Shown here piece by piece: positions 1 to 9,898 of a stretch of 64,000 nt of DNA. The DNA lies in IMG/VR virus record IMGVR_UViG_3300044719_000152; one strand, written 5' to 3'. How positions within the stretch are numbered: the first letter of the stretch is position 1; the number at the start of each line of letters is the position of its first letter. This DNA is from an uncultured virus (IMG/VR IMGVR_UViG_3300044719_000152). Its lineage: Duplodnaviria > Heunggongvirae > Uroviricota > Caudoviricetes. The notes under the pieces were generated by a model. The model saw only the letters and a program-made list of their open reading frames with translations, was not told the origin of the DNA and did no database searches. The position numbers and the translations under genes are program-made.

Positions 1-202
1 GACGCTCTTCCGATCTTGGTCTATTCACGCTCGACGAGGCAGCCGACCGGGTGAAACCTGCCCTGGTGGCCCGGATCCACGCAGCGCTGGATGCCCTGGC
101 CACGGGCGCAATCGCCCTGTGCGAAGACGGCAAACGCGTGTTCTAACCAGGCCCCCGCCTGGGCGTACTCTCTCGCCTGCAACGATCCCCCGGGGGCCAC
201 CA

Positions 203-1429
203 ATGTCCACGTCCTCGCCGCTGTCCGAGAACCTCGCCCGGCTCCGCAAGAGCAAGGACCTCTCGCAGGAGGAACTCGCCGAAGCCGCCGAAGTCGGTGT
301 CGACACGATCGGCCGCCTCGAACGCGGCAGCCGACGCGCCGCCCGAGACGAGACCATCGCGAAGATCGCCCAAGCCTTGGGTGTCACGCCGACCGTGCTC
401 CGCGGCGAGCTCCCGTCAGCCAAGTGGGCCGACCGCGACCGGGTGGCAGAGCTGCGACACGCCATCACGGCAAGCGAGGAGATCCCCGGCCTGTCGGACT
501 TCGCTGAGGAGACCGAAGTCCTTCCGCTCATGAAGCTGACGAAGGCCGCTCACCAGGCGTGGCGCGCCTACGTCGATGGCGACCACAGCGATCTCCTGCA
601 CGCGCTGCCCACGCTGCTCGTTGACGCCCGCCGCTTCGTGCACGTCACCCACGACGACACCAAGGCGGCAGGCCACCGCGTGCTGTCGACGGCCTACCGG
701 CTCGGCGCCGGGCTCGCCGGTCGCTTCGACCTCGAGGACCTGGCGTGGACATCCGCGGAGCGCGCTCTCCGCGCTGCCCGCAGTTCCGACGTGCCGGACA
801 TCGAGTCGGCGATCTCGCTGCGCTACCTGGTGTGGACGCTCGTGCGTCAGGGCCGCGCCGACGACGCCGAGCGGGTCGCTGTCAAGGCGGCCGAGCAGAT
901 CGAGCCGAGGATGCTCGACCGCGACCCGGCGCGCTCCGGCGTGTTCGGCAACCTCCTGTTCAACGCCGCGTCGGCGGCCATCCGGTCGGGACGCGGCGAC
1001 CGCGCTGAAGACCTCCTTGCCGTCGCCCAGTCCGCGGCCGTCCGGTCTGGCCGCGACGTGGCAAGCGAGGCCGCCATCTTCGGGCCGCGCGTCGCCGCGC
1101 TTCAGGCCGTCGACCACGCCCTCCGGCTCGGCGACCCGGAGACCGCGCTTCGGCTGGCTGAGCGCGTCCCGGAGACGTCGGGCGAGGTGCCGGCGTTCTG
1201 GGAAGCAGGGCACCGCCTGCACCTGGCTTCAGCAGCAGTCGAACTGCGGCGGGACCGAGAAGCACTCGGTTATCTGGCGCAGGCGCGCGACCTGGCGCCG
1301 GACTGGGTGCGCTATCAGCCTCTTGGGGCTCGCACGATGCGCACTCTGGTCGACCGGGCGCCGCGACGGCGCGGAAAGGGGTTCGCCGCTTTGGCGACTC
1401 ACTACGGTGTCGCCGGGCCAGCGGACTAG
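203..1429 (+). CDS. XRE-family HTH transcriptional regulator with C-terminal helical/TPR-like domain
   Basis: N-terminal HTH (LARLRKSKDLSQEELAEAAEVGVDTIGRLERG) followed by Ala-rich helical repeats; typical actinomycete XRE regulator; in-frame ATG at 203. Confidence 0.85.
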   Translation: MSTSSPLSENLARLRKSKDLSQEELAEAAEVGVDTIGRLERGSRRAARDETIAKIAQALGVTPTVLRGELPSAKWADRDRVAELRHAITASEEIPGLSDFAEETEVLPLMKLTKAAHQAWRAYVDGDHSDLLHALPTLLVDARRFVHVTHDDTKAAGHRVLSTAYRLGAGLAGRFDLEDLAWTSAERALRAARSSDVPDIESAISLRYLVWTLVRQGRADDAERVAVKAAEQIEPRMLDRDPARSGVFGNLLFNAASAAIRSGRGDRAEDLLAVAQSAAVRSGRDVASEAAIFGPRVAALQAVDHALRLGDPETALRLAERVPETSGEVPAFWEAGHRLHLASAAVELRRDREALGYLAQARDLAPDWVRYQPLGARTMRTLVDRAPRRRGKGFAALATHYGVAGPAD

Positions 1430-1702
1430 CCGGCGCCCGGCCTTGCACAGCGCTCCATACCCCAGATGGGCGATAGGCTCGACCTGGTGATCTTAGCGGC
1501 GCGTATTCGTTCACGCACTGAATGAATTGGTTCGTACCCGTTTGGTGCACTCTGTGTGCCCGGTCAATAGTTGCTATGCCGCAACTGGGTGGTTCGATTG
1601 GGCTCATCCGGTGGTGGTGCTGCGGACCCGATCGGTGGACTGATTGGTTGGGGCACTCTGGGCGGTCGCCTGGGGGTGGATGTGATCTAGGAGGCGCACA
1701 CG

Positions 1703-1945
1703 ATGGGTGGGGGCCGGCGAACCGACGGCGACGTGGAAGACCAAGCGGCAAGCGCTATCCGGGCTTTGGTGCAGCCGAATCTGACGGAGGGGCGGCTACT
1801 ACGAACAGCCGTGGTGGTGACGCTGACAGAGAGCACAGACGGGTCCGAGCCGCGCACGGACGTCTACTACCCGCTCGGCACTCCAGACCGGGCCACAGAG
1901 CGAGCGCTCCTCAGTCGCGCCGCCGACCGCCTTCGTGACAGATAG
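1703..1945 (+). CDS. small hypothetical protein, paralog of 2131..2385
   Basis: AGGAGG RBS upstream; shares E..DGS..R...P.G..D...ER.L pattern with the next ORF. Confidence 0.6.
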   Translation: MGGGRRTDGDVEDQAASAIRALVQPNLTEGRLLRTAVVVTLTESTDGSEPRTDVYYPLGTPDRATERALLSRAADRLRDR

Positions 1946-2130
1946 TGTTCATGGGGTTGTAGCCCGTACGCGTGACCGACTCGTGACACGCTCAGTGATC
2001 AACGCAGGTAACGAGAATCACAAGCCCGGAGATAGGTGAAGCAACAACCAGATCCGGCCGCACCACCGCAACTTCCCACGGTGACCAGGCCACGGAGCGC
2101 GACCACTCGGCCGCCAGGGAGGAGCCACCC

Positions 2131-2385
2131 GTGGACACCCGTAGAACGACCACCAGCGGAGCCCGCGTCATGGACCAGGTCCGGGCGATGGCCCAGGAGG
2201 CCGGCATCCTCCAGGACGACATGATGGTGACCGACTGCATCGTGCTGTTCCGGGCAGAGCGCATCGACGGGAGCGCGGTGCGGGCGCGGTTTCACCCGAT
2301 GGGAGCGATGGACGATCTGCGGGAACGCGGCCTGATCGAGCAGCATCACGACGACGTGGTCGACGAGGACCGTCTGCGACGCTGA
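2131..2385 (+). CDS. small hypothetical protein, paralog of 1703..1945
   Basis: GGAGGAG RBS before GTG; shared motif with the upstream ORF. Confidence 0.65.
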   Translation: MDTRRTTTSGARVMDQVRAMAQEAGILQDDMMVTDCIVLFRAERIDGSAVRARFHPMGAMDDLRERGLIEQHHDDVVDEDRLRR

Positions 2386-2958
2386 CTACTCGCGCGCGGG
2401 TTCCTCGTGCACGACATGTTCGACGACCGGCCCCGGCACTCCCCGGGGCCGTTCTTCGTGGGCCACGTAGTGAACCGGCTCGTCGGAGGTGGCTGCCTCT
2501 TCGTCCTGCGCCGTCGGCCAGAGCATGGACTCGATGACGTCGATGACGGCGCGGCGCTGCCGGTCGGTCAGCTTGGATGCCTGCTCGGCTATCCGGGACG
2601 CGGTGATGTTCGGGCGTCCGGTGTTCTTGGTGAGGTAGCGGTCGAGTTCACCGTCGGGAACGCCGGCGAGACGCAGGGCGTCCGCGGGGGCGATCACGTG
2701 CTCTGACTGGCCGGAGCGGTGTAGGGCGTCGTTGATGACGTCGATGACCGCCAGGACGCTCTGCGGCTTCGGGTCGAACGGCTTGTCGTCGTAGCGCGCG
2801 CCGCGCATGAGGTACTGCACGAAGCCGCGTGACACGCTGGCGCCGTCGGCGAGTTGGGTCTGGTTGAAGCCCGCCGCCTTGCTGGCGTGTGTCACGCGTT
2901 CGGCGAGCTGGCGTAGCAGCTCAGGGTCGCGCTCCCCGGTGGTCACGCTGCGCATCAT
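2386..2958 (-). CDS. XRE-family HTH protein, probable immunity repressor (cI-like)
   Basis: HTH FNQTQLADGASVSRGFVQYLMRG; divergent from a cro-like gene across a ~120 bp control region. Confidence 0.75.
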   Translation of the reverse strand: MMRSVTTGERDPELLRQLAERVTHASKAAGFNQTQLADGASVSRGFVQYLMRGARYDDKPFDPKPQSVLAVIDVINDALHRSGQSEHVIAPADALRLAGVPDGELDRYLTKNTGRPNITASRIAEQASKLTDRQRRAVIDVIESMLWPTAQDEEAATSDEPVHYVAHEERPRGVPGPVVEHVVHEEPARE

Positions 2959-2984
2959 CCCTTAACCACGGTCAAAAACACAGT

Positions 2985-3077
2985 GCGGCGATGCTACTGG
3001 GCGTGCCAAAGCTGCCACAAACAGCCAAACGGGCACGACTGCTTGTTTGTGGCGGCTTGTGGCGCTACGGTGGCAGC
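2985..3077. promoter_or_regulatory. divergent genetic switch: rightward promoter TTGTTT(3043-3048)-17bp-TACGGT(3066-3071), leftward -10 TAGCAT (2991-2996), TTGTGGC operator-like repeats
   Basis: 24-bp TGCTTGTTTGTGGCGGCTTGTGGC (3040-3063) recurs exactly at 11659-11682; inverted partial copy GCTGCCACAAACA at 3011-3023. Confidence 0.75.
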
Positions 3078-3473
3078 ATGACGAGCCCACCCCAGCCCCA
3101 GCCCGCCGAGCTGGCCCGCCTGATCCGAGAGGCCCGCAAGGCGCTCGACCTCACCCAGGTCGAGCTGGCCGCCGCCACCTGCGGCAAGGTCAGCTACTCG
3201 TACGTCCGCACCATCGAGGCCGGCCGTCGGGCGGACGGCCACCCGCTGCAGATCTCCGCCGACGTCGCCCTGGCCCTGGCCTCCGCGCTTATGCTCGACG
3301 AGCAGGAGGTCCTCCGGCTGGCCGGCCACCCGTTCAACGAGGCCGCGTCCCGCCACCAGGCCGTCGCCGCCGTGAACGCGCTGCCGCCGCACCTGCGGAA
3401 CGCCGTCACGGTGATCGCGCGGGCGCTCAGCTCCGAGCAGATGGGCACCGACCGCCAGGAGCTGATCGCGTGA
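3078..3473 (+). CDS. Cro-like XRE HTH protein, probably leaderless
   Basis: LIREARKALDLTQVELAAATCGKVSYSYVRTIEAGRR; ATG 6 nt after the predicted -10. Confidence 0.8.
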   Translation: MTSPPQPQPAELARLIREARKALDLTQVELAAATCGKVSYSYVRTIEAGRRADGHPLQISADVALALASALMLDEQEVLRLAGHPFNEAASRHQAVAAVNALPPHLRNAVTVIARALSSEQMGTDRQELIA

Positions 3474-3766
3474 ACGCCACGGTCAGAACCCTGCCCGACC
3501 CGGCCACCGACCTGCCGGACCCCGACGACCTGCCGCAGTACGGCTTCGACACGCACCAGGTCGCGATCATGTTCGGCTACATGCCGAAGGGGACCGAGCG
3601 GGGCACGAAGGAGGCCCGGCGCGGTGCCGAGCGCGTGCGGAACCTGATCGAGACCGGCCGGCTCCCCGCGCGGTACACCGGCAAGGAGTGGCGGATCTTC
3701 TCGCCCACGCTGAAGGCGTACATGACCGAGGGCGACGACCCGAGCGTGTCGCAGGTCGCGTCATGA
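3470..3766 (+). CDS. excisionase-like (HTH_17/MerR-type) DNA-binding protein
   Basis: FDTHQVAIMFG...VRNLIETGRLPARYTGKEWRI; GTGA overlap with the cro-like gene. Confidence 0.65.
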   Translation: MNATVRTLPDPATDLPDPDDLPQYGFDTHQVAIMFGYMPKGTERGTKEARRGAERVRNLIETGRLPARYTGKEWRIFSPTLKAYMTEGDDPSVSQVAS

Positions 3767-4164
3767 ACGCCCCGACCATCACACGCGACATGGGCACCGC
3801 CGCGCCGGCCCGGCCGTGCGTCATCGACAACGCCGAGTACGCGTGGAACAACGCGCCCGAGGCCAGCGACGCCATGCTGGCCGCGTTGCCGGACGACTTC
3901 GTCTACGACTTCCGCGAGCTGCTGTCTGGTGTGGCCATCGCAGCGCTGGAGCCGCTGCTGCGCGCCGAGTGGGCACGCCGGGGTTACGACGTGGAGTTCG
4001 TGCCGCGCAACGTGATCGGCTCCTCGGAGACGAAGCGTGTGGTGCCGGACGAGACCTACTGGGCGGTGTGGGACGCAGCCGTCAGCCGCCTGGAAGCCAC
4101 CGAGTTGGTCGCGGCCGCCGAGCTGAACGACGAGCTGTTCGGCTACCGGGAGGCGGCTGCATGA
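3763..4164 (+). CDS. hypothetical phage protein
   Basis: ATGA-coupled ORF, high GC3. Confidence 0.7.
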   Translation: MNAPTITRDMGTAAPARPCVIDNAEYAWNNAPEASDAMLAALPDDFVYDFRELLSGVAIAALEPLLRAEWARRGYDVEFVPRNVIGSSETKRVVPDETYWAVWDAAVSRLEATELVAAAELNDELFGYREAAA

Positions 4165-4292
4165 GCGGCAATCGCGACGACTACGGGCCCGCCGGGTGCG
4201 CGTCGGGTTGCGCCTCGACGATGGCCGGGATGGCGCTGCTGCTGGCCGCGTTCATCGGGCTGGTGCGCCGACAGAGAGGCGGCCGGCGATGA
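4161..4292 (+). CDS. 43-aa membrane peptide (DYGPxGC motif + TM + basic tail)
   Basis: MSGNRDDYGPAGCASGCASTMAGMALLLAAFIGLVRRQRGGRR; GGAGG RBS; coupled on both sides; similar to 13638..13775. Confidence 0.6.
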   Translation: MSGNRDDYGPAGCASGCASTMAGMALLLAAFIGLVRRQRGGRR

Positions 4293-4540
4293 CCGCCCCG
4301 GCGCCGCTGGCGTGGTCCCAACTCGACCAGGACCTGCTGGTGTGGGGCGTGGCTGTCCTGTTCGACCTCGGCATCTACCAGGTCATCTCGCACAAGGGTG
4401 ATCGCGAAGCCGCTGAGATCGCCGCCGGCTCGACCAACGTCTACGCCACCACGCCCGACGACGTGGCCACCGTCGTCTTTCACCATCCCGATACCGGCTG
4501 GACCTGCCCGGTGACCGGGCGCACGTTCCGCACTCTCTGA
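4289..4540 (+). CDS. hypothetical protein
   Basis: coupled ORF, high GC3. Confidence 0.6.
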   Translation: MTAPAPLAWSQLDQDLLVWGVAVLFDLGIYQVISHKGDREAAEIAAGSTNVYATTPDDVATVVFHHPDTGWTCPVTGRTFRTL

Positions 4541-4581
4541 GCTTTTTCTTGCCGCCAAAGAATTGTTGAAGGGGTACCCCC

Positions 4582-5460
4582 ATGCCCGAAACCAGCACCG
4601 CCGTCGCCACGACGACCGACGCCACCGGGCGTCAGGTCGTGCGCGTCCCGCTGAACCAGCCGCTCGCCGACATGGACCAGGCGTGGCGTCTGGCCGTGGC
4701 GTTCGCAAACGCCGACATCGTCCCCACCAGCCTGCGCGGCAAGCCCGCCAACGTGTTCCTCACCATGCTGTACGGGCAGCGCCTCGGCCTGCCGCCGGAG
4801 ATCGCCATCAACGAGATCGCCGTCGTCAAGGGCAAGCCGCGCATGTCCGGCCAGCTGCTGCTCGCCAAGGTTCGCGAGGCCGGGCACCGCGCGTTCGTGC
4901 CCTGCACCGAGTGCGGCCAGGCGAAGGTCGATCACAGCGACAACAAGCTCGCCCACAACTACGTCGCCGACCACGATTCGCAGCACTGCACCTTCACCAT
5001 CATCCGTAGCGATGGCGAGGAGCACACCGAGACCTACACCATCGAGGACGCCGTCACCGCCCGGCTGTGCACGATCAAGGACGGCAAGCCGTTCGCCCGG
5101 TCGAAGCAGGGCGAGGCGATGACGTGGGAGACCAACCCGAAGCGGATGCTGCGGTGGCGGGCGGTCGGCGCGGGCGTGGACATCATCTGCCCCGAGGTGA
5201 AGATGGGCTTCGCCGTCGAGGGCGAGCTGGACGAGCTACCCCAGGACATGCCGACGCTGGGCCAGGTCGCGGCCGAGCGCATGGACAAGGCCAGCGAGCC
5301 GGCCGCGCCGGTTGTCGACGAGGACGCCGAACTGCGGGCGCAGATCGACCAGATCGCACAGGACCACGCCACCCCTGCTGATGCCGTTGAGTCCGAGCCG
5401 GAAGCAGACCTGGCTGCCTACGAGGAGACCGACGGCGCGCTGTTCGGCGGTGAGCAGTAG
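4582..5460 (+). CDS. RecT-like single-strand annealing protein
   Basis: AWRLAVAFANADIVPTSLRGKPANVFLTMLYGQRLGLPP...PKRMLRWRA; acidic C-tail; paired with a downstream exonuclease. Confidence 0.75.
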   Translation: MPETSTAVATTTDATGRQVVRVPLNQPLADMDQAWRLAVAFANADIVPTSLRGKPANVFLTMLYGQRLGLPPEIAINEIAVVKGKPRMSGQLLLAKVREAGHRAFVPCTECGQAKVDHSDNKLAHNYVADHDSQHCTFTIIRSDGEEHTETYTIEDAVTARLCTIKDGKPFARSKQGEAMTWETNPKRMLRWRAVGAGVDIICPEVKMGFAVEGELDELPQDMPTLGQVAAERMDKASEPAAPVVDEDAELRAQIDQIAQDHATPADAVESEPEADLAAYEETDGALFGGEQ

Positions 5461-6485
5461 TGACCACTCTGGACGATCGGCCCGTCGCGGCCGACATGAC
5501 CACCGCCCAACTCCTCCTCGCCTGGGACCAGCGTCGCGCCCGCTCCCGCCAGACCGAGATCGGCATGTCCGAGATCGGCGGCTGCCGGCGGCGCGTCGGC
5601 TACCGGCTCGCCGGTGCCGAGCCGACCAACTCCAGCGGCAGCGTGCAGGCCGTCATGGGCACCGCCATCCACAGCGCGGTCGAGAACGTGTACCGGGAAA
5701 TGCAGGCCGCCGGCATCCTCCCCGCCGACGACCTCGTCGAGCACGAGGTGCGGTTCGCCGGGATCCTCGGCCACCTCGACCGCTACGACAGCGTCCGAGG
5801 GCGCGCCCACGACACCAAGTCCACGACGCAACGTCGCCTCGACCACATCAAGCTGCACGGCCCGGACCAGCAGCACCTGTGGCAGATCCACCTGTACGGC
5901 GCCGCCCTGATCCAGTCCGGCCGGCCGGTGCGTGAGGTCGTCATCGACTACATCGCCCGCGACACCGGCGACGACTACCAGGTGGTCGCGAAGTTCGACC
6001 CGCAGCATGTGCGGGACGCGCTGGCTTGGCTGGAGAACGTGCGTGCCCTGCCGGTGGAGATGCTGAACCGGGACTACGCGCCCGACTCGGCGTTCTGCGG
6101 GAACTGCCCATTCCGGGACCTGTGCTGGGACGGTGCCACGACCGGCCGGGATCCGCGTTCGGTTCTATTCACCGACGACCCGAACGCCGCCCGGTGGGCC
6201 CGCCAGTTGCGGGAGGCGCGGGCGATCATCGCGGACGCCGAGAAGCTGGAGAAGGAAGCCAAGGGCGCGCTCGACGCGCTGCGCCCCAACGACAGCGGCA
6301 AGTCGGACCCGGTCGACGTGGGCCTCCCGGACGTGGCTCTCCAGTGGACCGTGTCGACCACCACCCGCGTGGACGTGGACGCTGTGCGCCGCGAGTACGA
6401 GCAGGCCGGCGCGAAACCGCCGACCAAGACGTCCACCACCACGAAGCTCAAGTTCGTCGCGAAGACTGAGGCGGACGCGGCATGA
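5460..6485 (+). CDS. Cas4-like/PD-(D/E)XK exonuclease with Fe-S cysteines
   Basis: GMSEIGGCRR, GTAIH, GHLD..., DTKS, QIHLY, CGNCPFRDLC motifs. Confidence 0.85.
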   Translation: MTTLDDRPVAADMTTAQLLLAWDQRRARSRQTEIGMSEIGGCRRRVGYRLAGAEPTNSSGSVQAVMGTAIHSAVENVYREMQAAGILPADDLVEHEVRFAGILGHLDRYDSVRGRAHDTKSTTQRRLDHIKLHGPDQQHLWQIHLYGAALIQSGRPVREVVIDYIARDTGDDYQVVAKFDPQHVRDALAWLENVRALPVEMLNRDYAPDSAFCGNCPFRDLCWDGATTGRDPRSVLFTDDPNAARWARQLREARAIIADAEKLEKEAKGALDALRPNDSGKSDPVDVGLPDVALQWTVSTTTRVDVDAVRREYEQAGAKPPTKTSTTTKLKFVAKTEADAA

Positions 6486-6667
6486 GCGCGCACGAGTTCA
6501 CTCCGGACCAGATCGAAGAGGGCATCGCCCTCGCGCTGAAGGACCGGGAGTTCAGCGTCATCCCTGCCCTCGTGCAGCTGCTCGCCGTGCAGTCGCCGGA
6601 GCGCGCCCAACGGGTGCTCGACGCGCTGCAAGGCCGGTACACGGTGAACCTGGTAGGTGAGGTGTGA
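6482..6667 (+). CDS. hypothetical protein
   Basis: coupled 61-aa ORF. Confidence 0.6.
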   Translation: MSAHEFTPDQIEEGIALALKDREFSVIPALVQLLAVQSPERAQRVLDALQGRYTVNLVGEV

Positions 6668-7029
6668 TGCCACGCCTCATGTCCGTCGCGTTCACCGAGG
6701 ACGCCGTGCGCTCCCGCACCAAGACGGTCACCCGCCGCAAGGGTTGGTTGCAGCTAAAGCCCGGCGACCGGCTCACCCTGTGCCGCAAGGTGATGGGGCG
6801 CAAGCCCGGCGAGCCACTGGTCCGGATCACGGACGTTGAGGTCGTGAGCGTGCGGCGGGAGCCGCTTGAGCGCATCACCGCCGACGACGTTGCCCGCGAG
6901 GGCTTCCCGGGGATGAGCGCGGCCGAGTTCATCCAGCGTTTCTTCGTCGTCGCGCAGCGCATCCAGCCCGGCGACCTGGTGACGCGCATCGAGTGGACCT
7001 ACGTCGAATCCCATGGAGGGACGGAATGA
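6667..7029 (+). CDS. ASCH-domain protein
   Basis: RTKTVTRRKGW..LKPGDRL...ITADDVAREGF signature. Confidence 0.8.
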   Translation: MPRLMSVAFTEDAVRSRTKTVTRRKGWLQLKPGDRLTLCRKVMGRKPGEPLVRITDVEVVSVRREPLERITADDVAREGFPGMSAAEFIQRFFVVAQRIQPGDLVTRIEWTYVESHGGTE

Positions 7030-8039
7030 GCGGCCAGACCACGATCGAGTGGACCGACGCCACGTGGAACCCCGTCACCGGCTGCACCGAGGTGTCGCCG
7101 GGCTGCGATCACTGCTACGCCAAGACGTTCGCCGAGCGCTGGCGCGGCGTGCCCGGCCACCACTTCGAGTACGGGTTCGACGTGCAGCTCCGCGAGGACA
7201 AGCTGAGTCTGCCGCTGAGGTGGCGGAAGCCCCGCAAGGTGTTCGTCAACAGCATGTCGGACCTGTTCCACGACTTCGTTCCGGATGACTACATCGCGCG
7301 AGTTTTCGCGGTGATGGCTGGAGCTCGCCAGCACACCTTCCAGGTCCTCACGAAGCGGCACGGAAGGATGCATTCCCTGCTCAACTCCCAGCGTTTCGTG
7401 GACAAGGTCCGCGTGTACTACTCCTGGGCCGACGACGACCCGAGCGTTGTCGACTACGAGAACGACCAACGCCCGGCGTTTTCGGTGTGGCCGCTTCCGA
7501 ATGTCTGGCTCGGTGTGTCGGTGGAGAGCCAGCAGTGGGCGGACATCCGGATCCCCGCGCTGCTGGGGACCCCGGCCGCCGTACGGTGGCTCTCTTGTGA
7601 GCCGCTGCTGGGGCCAGTCGACCTGGACGGCCCGGTCGTCAACGGCCACCGGCCGAAGCTGACGTACTGGCTCACCGGCCGCCCCGGCTGGGGGCAGGAG
7701 CACACCGGCTCGACTGGCGTGGTGATGCAAGAGCTCGTCACCGGACCGCGAATCGACTGGGTCGTGGTCGGTGGTGAATCCGGTCGTGGTGCACGGCCGA
7801 TGGATCCAAAGTGGGCGCACCGCCTGCGCGATCAGTGCCAGGCCGCCAACGTGCCGTTCCTGTTCAAACAGTGGGGCGAGTGGGCACCGCGCTGCACGCT
7901 CGGGCTGTGCGGGCAACGCTGCTCGTGCGCGGGTGCCAACGCGTCGCATCCGACCGAGATGCACCGCGTCGGCAAGAAGGCCGCCGGCCGTCTGCTGGGC
8001 GGCCTGACGTACGACGAGTACCCGGAGCGTGCCGCATGA
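7026..8039 (+). CDS. phage Gp37/Gp68 (DUF5131) family radical-SAM-like protein
   Basis: IEWTDATWNPVTGCTEVSPGCDHCYA (CxxxxxxCxxC), VFVNSMSDLFH, IDWVVVGGESG, FLFKQWG. Confidence 0.92.
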   Translation: MSGQTTIEWTDATWNPVTGCTEVSPGCDHCYAKTFAERWRGVPGHHFEYGFDVQLREDKLSLPLRWRKPRKVFVNSMSDLFHDFVPDDYIARVFAVMAGARQHTFQVLTKRHGRMHSLLNSQRFVDKVRVYYSWADDDPSVVDYENDQRPAFSVWPLPNVWLGVSVESQQWADIRIPALLGTPAAVRWLSCEPLLGPVDLDGPVVNGHRPKLTYWLTGRPGWGQEHTGSTGVVMQELVTGPRIDWVVVGGESGRGARPMDPKWAHRLRDQCQAANVPFLFKQWGEWAPRCTLGLCGQRCSCAGANASHPTEMHRVGKKAAGRLLGGLTYDEYPERAA

Positions 8040-8383
8040 CCACGCCCGCGCCTGTCATCGGTGAACCCGAGCTGGATGCCATGCTCCCGGCCGCCGTCAA
8101 CCTCATCTGGGCCGTACGCACCGAAGACGCCGACGAGGTCGCCACAGCCCGGACCGACGCCCACAACGCCCGCCTCAACACCAAGCCGACCGACCGATCC
8201 GAAGTCGCCACGCTCCGCGCGCTCATCGTGCTCCTCGCTGGCCTCGTCCCGGACGACCGCAGCCCGCAGCAACTCCTCCGCTGGCTGCGGAACCCCCAGG
8301 CGTACCGGCAGTTGCGTAACGACGGCTACGACGCCGACACCGCCGGCAGCATCGCCGCCGCACGCACCGGGGAGGCGGCGTGA
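8036..8383 (+). CDS. hypothetical protein
   Basis: coupled ORF. Confidence 0.65.
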   Translation: MTTPAPVIGEPELDAMLPAAVNLIWAVRTEDADEVATARTDAHNARLNTKPTDRSEVATLRALIVLLAGLVPDDRSPQQLLRWLRNPQAYRQLRNDGYDADTAGSIAAARTGEAA

Positions 8384-8577
8384 CCGCGATCCTCGAAGCC
8401 CTGCAAGCGTTCAGCTCGGCTGTCGTGCAACTGCTGTGGCACCTGTTCGGCATCCTCCCGCCCGACCCCAACACCGGCCGGCACCGGCTGGCCGCCGTGC
8501 CCGCACACCAGGGCTACGCCGACCACCCCGAATTGCTCACCGAACTCGTCTTGGTTCGAGGGAGGCACGCAGCATGA
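8380..8577 (+). CDS. hypothetical protein
   Basis: coupled 65-aa ORF with GGAGG RBS. Confidence 0.5.
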   Translation: MTAILEALQAFSSAVVQLLWHLFGILPPDPNTGRHRLAAVPAHQGYADHPELLTELVLVRGRHAA

Positions 8578-9389
8578 AGCCCCCGTTCGCCTACTTCGGC
8601 GGAAAGACGATGCTCGCCGACCGGATCGTCAACCTGCTACCCGCGCACGAGCACTACGTCGAGCCGTTCGCAGGGTCCCTCGCGGTGCTGCTGGCTAAGC
8701 CGCGCTCCCGGATGGAGACCGTCAACGACCTCGACGGCGACCTAGTCCTGTTCTGGCGGATGCTCCGCGACCACCCCGACGAACTGATCCGTGCGTGCGC
8801 ACTGACACCGCACGCTCGGGTCGAACACCTCGAGGCCTACGCGCTTGACGATGCGCCGGACGAGCTCGAGCGCGCCCGGCGCGTGTGGGTGCTGCTGACA
8901 CAGGGCCGCAGTGGACAGATGCGCCCGACCGGCTGGCGGCACTACGTCGACCCGGCGGGATCGGTCACCTCGATGCCCGGCTACCTCGAGGCCTATGTGG
9001 CCCGCATGGGTCCTGGGGTGGCGCGGTTGGCCGGGGTTTCGCTCGAGTGCCAGCCAGCACTCGACCTGATCGAGCGGTACGGACGTTCGCCGAACGTGCT
9101 GCTGTACGTTGACCCGCCGTACCTCGGTAGCACGCGGGTTTCGGGTGGCTACCGGCACGAGATGCGCAGCGAGGCTGAGCATCGGGAACTGGCAGCCGTG
9201 CTCAAGAGATGCCGGGCTGCGGTTGTCCTCTCTGGCTACGCCTCGCCGCTGTACGGCGAGCTTTACGGGGGCTGGTGGTCCACAAGCATCGACACGACCA
9301 CAGGGCAGGGGGGCACCCGGCAGGAACGTACGGAGTGGCTGTGGAGCAACCGAATGCCGCAGCCCGATCTGTTCGGCGGTGCGGCATGA
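8574..9389 (+). CDS. DNA adenine methyltransferase (Dam/D12 class)
   Basis: YFGGK, YVEPFAGS, VNDLDG, catalytic YVDPPY. Confidence 0.93.
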   Translation: MKPPFAYFGGKTMLADRIVNLLPAHEHYVEPFAGSLAVLLAKPRSRMETVNDLDGDLVLFWRMLRDHPDELIRACALTPHARVEHLEAYALDDAPDELERARRVWVLLTQGRSGQMRPTGWRHYVDPAGSVTSMPGYLEAYVARMGPGVARLAGVSLECQPALDLIERYGRSPNVLLYVDPPYLGSTRVSGGYRHEMRSEAEHRELAAVLKRCRAAVVLSGYASPLYGELYGGWWSTSIDTTTGQGGTRQERTEWLWSNRMPQPDLFGGAA

Positions 9390-9859
9390 AGCGCTCCGGC
9401 CCGATCCAACGCACCGCGATGAAGCCGTACCGGCCGACCGTTACCACCGCCGAGCGCAACGCGCGCGACCTCGTCCGCGCCCGCTCCGGCGGCTGGTGCG
9501 AAGTCCGCCTCCCCGACATCTGCCTCGGCCGCGCGGCCAACATGCACCACCGGAAGAACCGATCCCAAGGCGGACACGGAGACGCGGCCAACCTGGTCGA
9601 CCTCTGCGGATCCGGGACAACAGGATGCCACGGCGCGCTCACCGACACGCAGGGCCAGCGCGCCGAGTACGAGGCCCACGGCTGGATCGTCCCGCGCGAG
9701 CAGGAGCCAGCCGAAGTTCCGGTGCTCCTGCACAACGCCACCACCGGCCACGAATGGGTGCTCCTCGACGACCAGGGGGACGTCGCGTTCGCGCCGTTCC
9801 CCGAACCTGCGTCGGGCGACCCGTTCGAACTGCCCGTCCCACCGTCCACAGCGGCCTGA
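9386..9859 (+). CDS. HNH endonuclease
   Basis: CEV....C...HHRKNRSQGG...NLVDLCG....CH. Confidence 0.8.
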   Translation: MKRSGPIQRTAMKPYRPTVTTAERNARDLVRARSGGWCEVRLPDICLGRAANMHHRKNRSQGGHGDAANLVDLCGSGTTGCHGALTDTQGQRAEYEAHGWIVPREQEPAEVPVLLHNATTGHEWVLLDDQGDVAFAPFPEPASGDPFELPVPPSTAA

Positions 9860-9898
9860 CGACCGCCTCCCCACGAACCCCTCGGAGGCACGATCACG

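Noticed and set aside
5460..6485. Cas4-like nuclease as a sign of a CRISPR system
   Set aside because: No array or other cas genes; it is paired with a RecT-like gene, as in ordinary phage recombination modules
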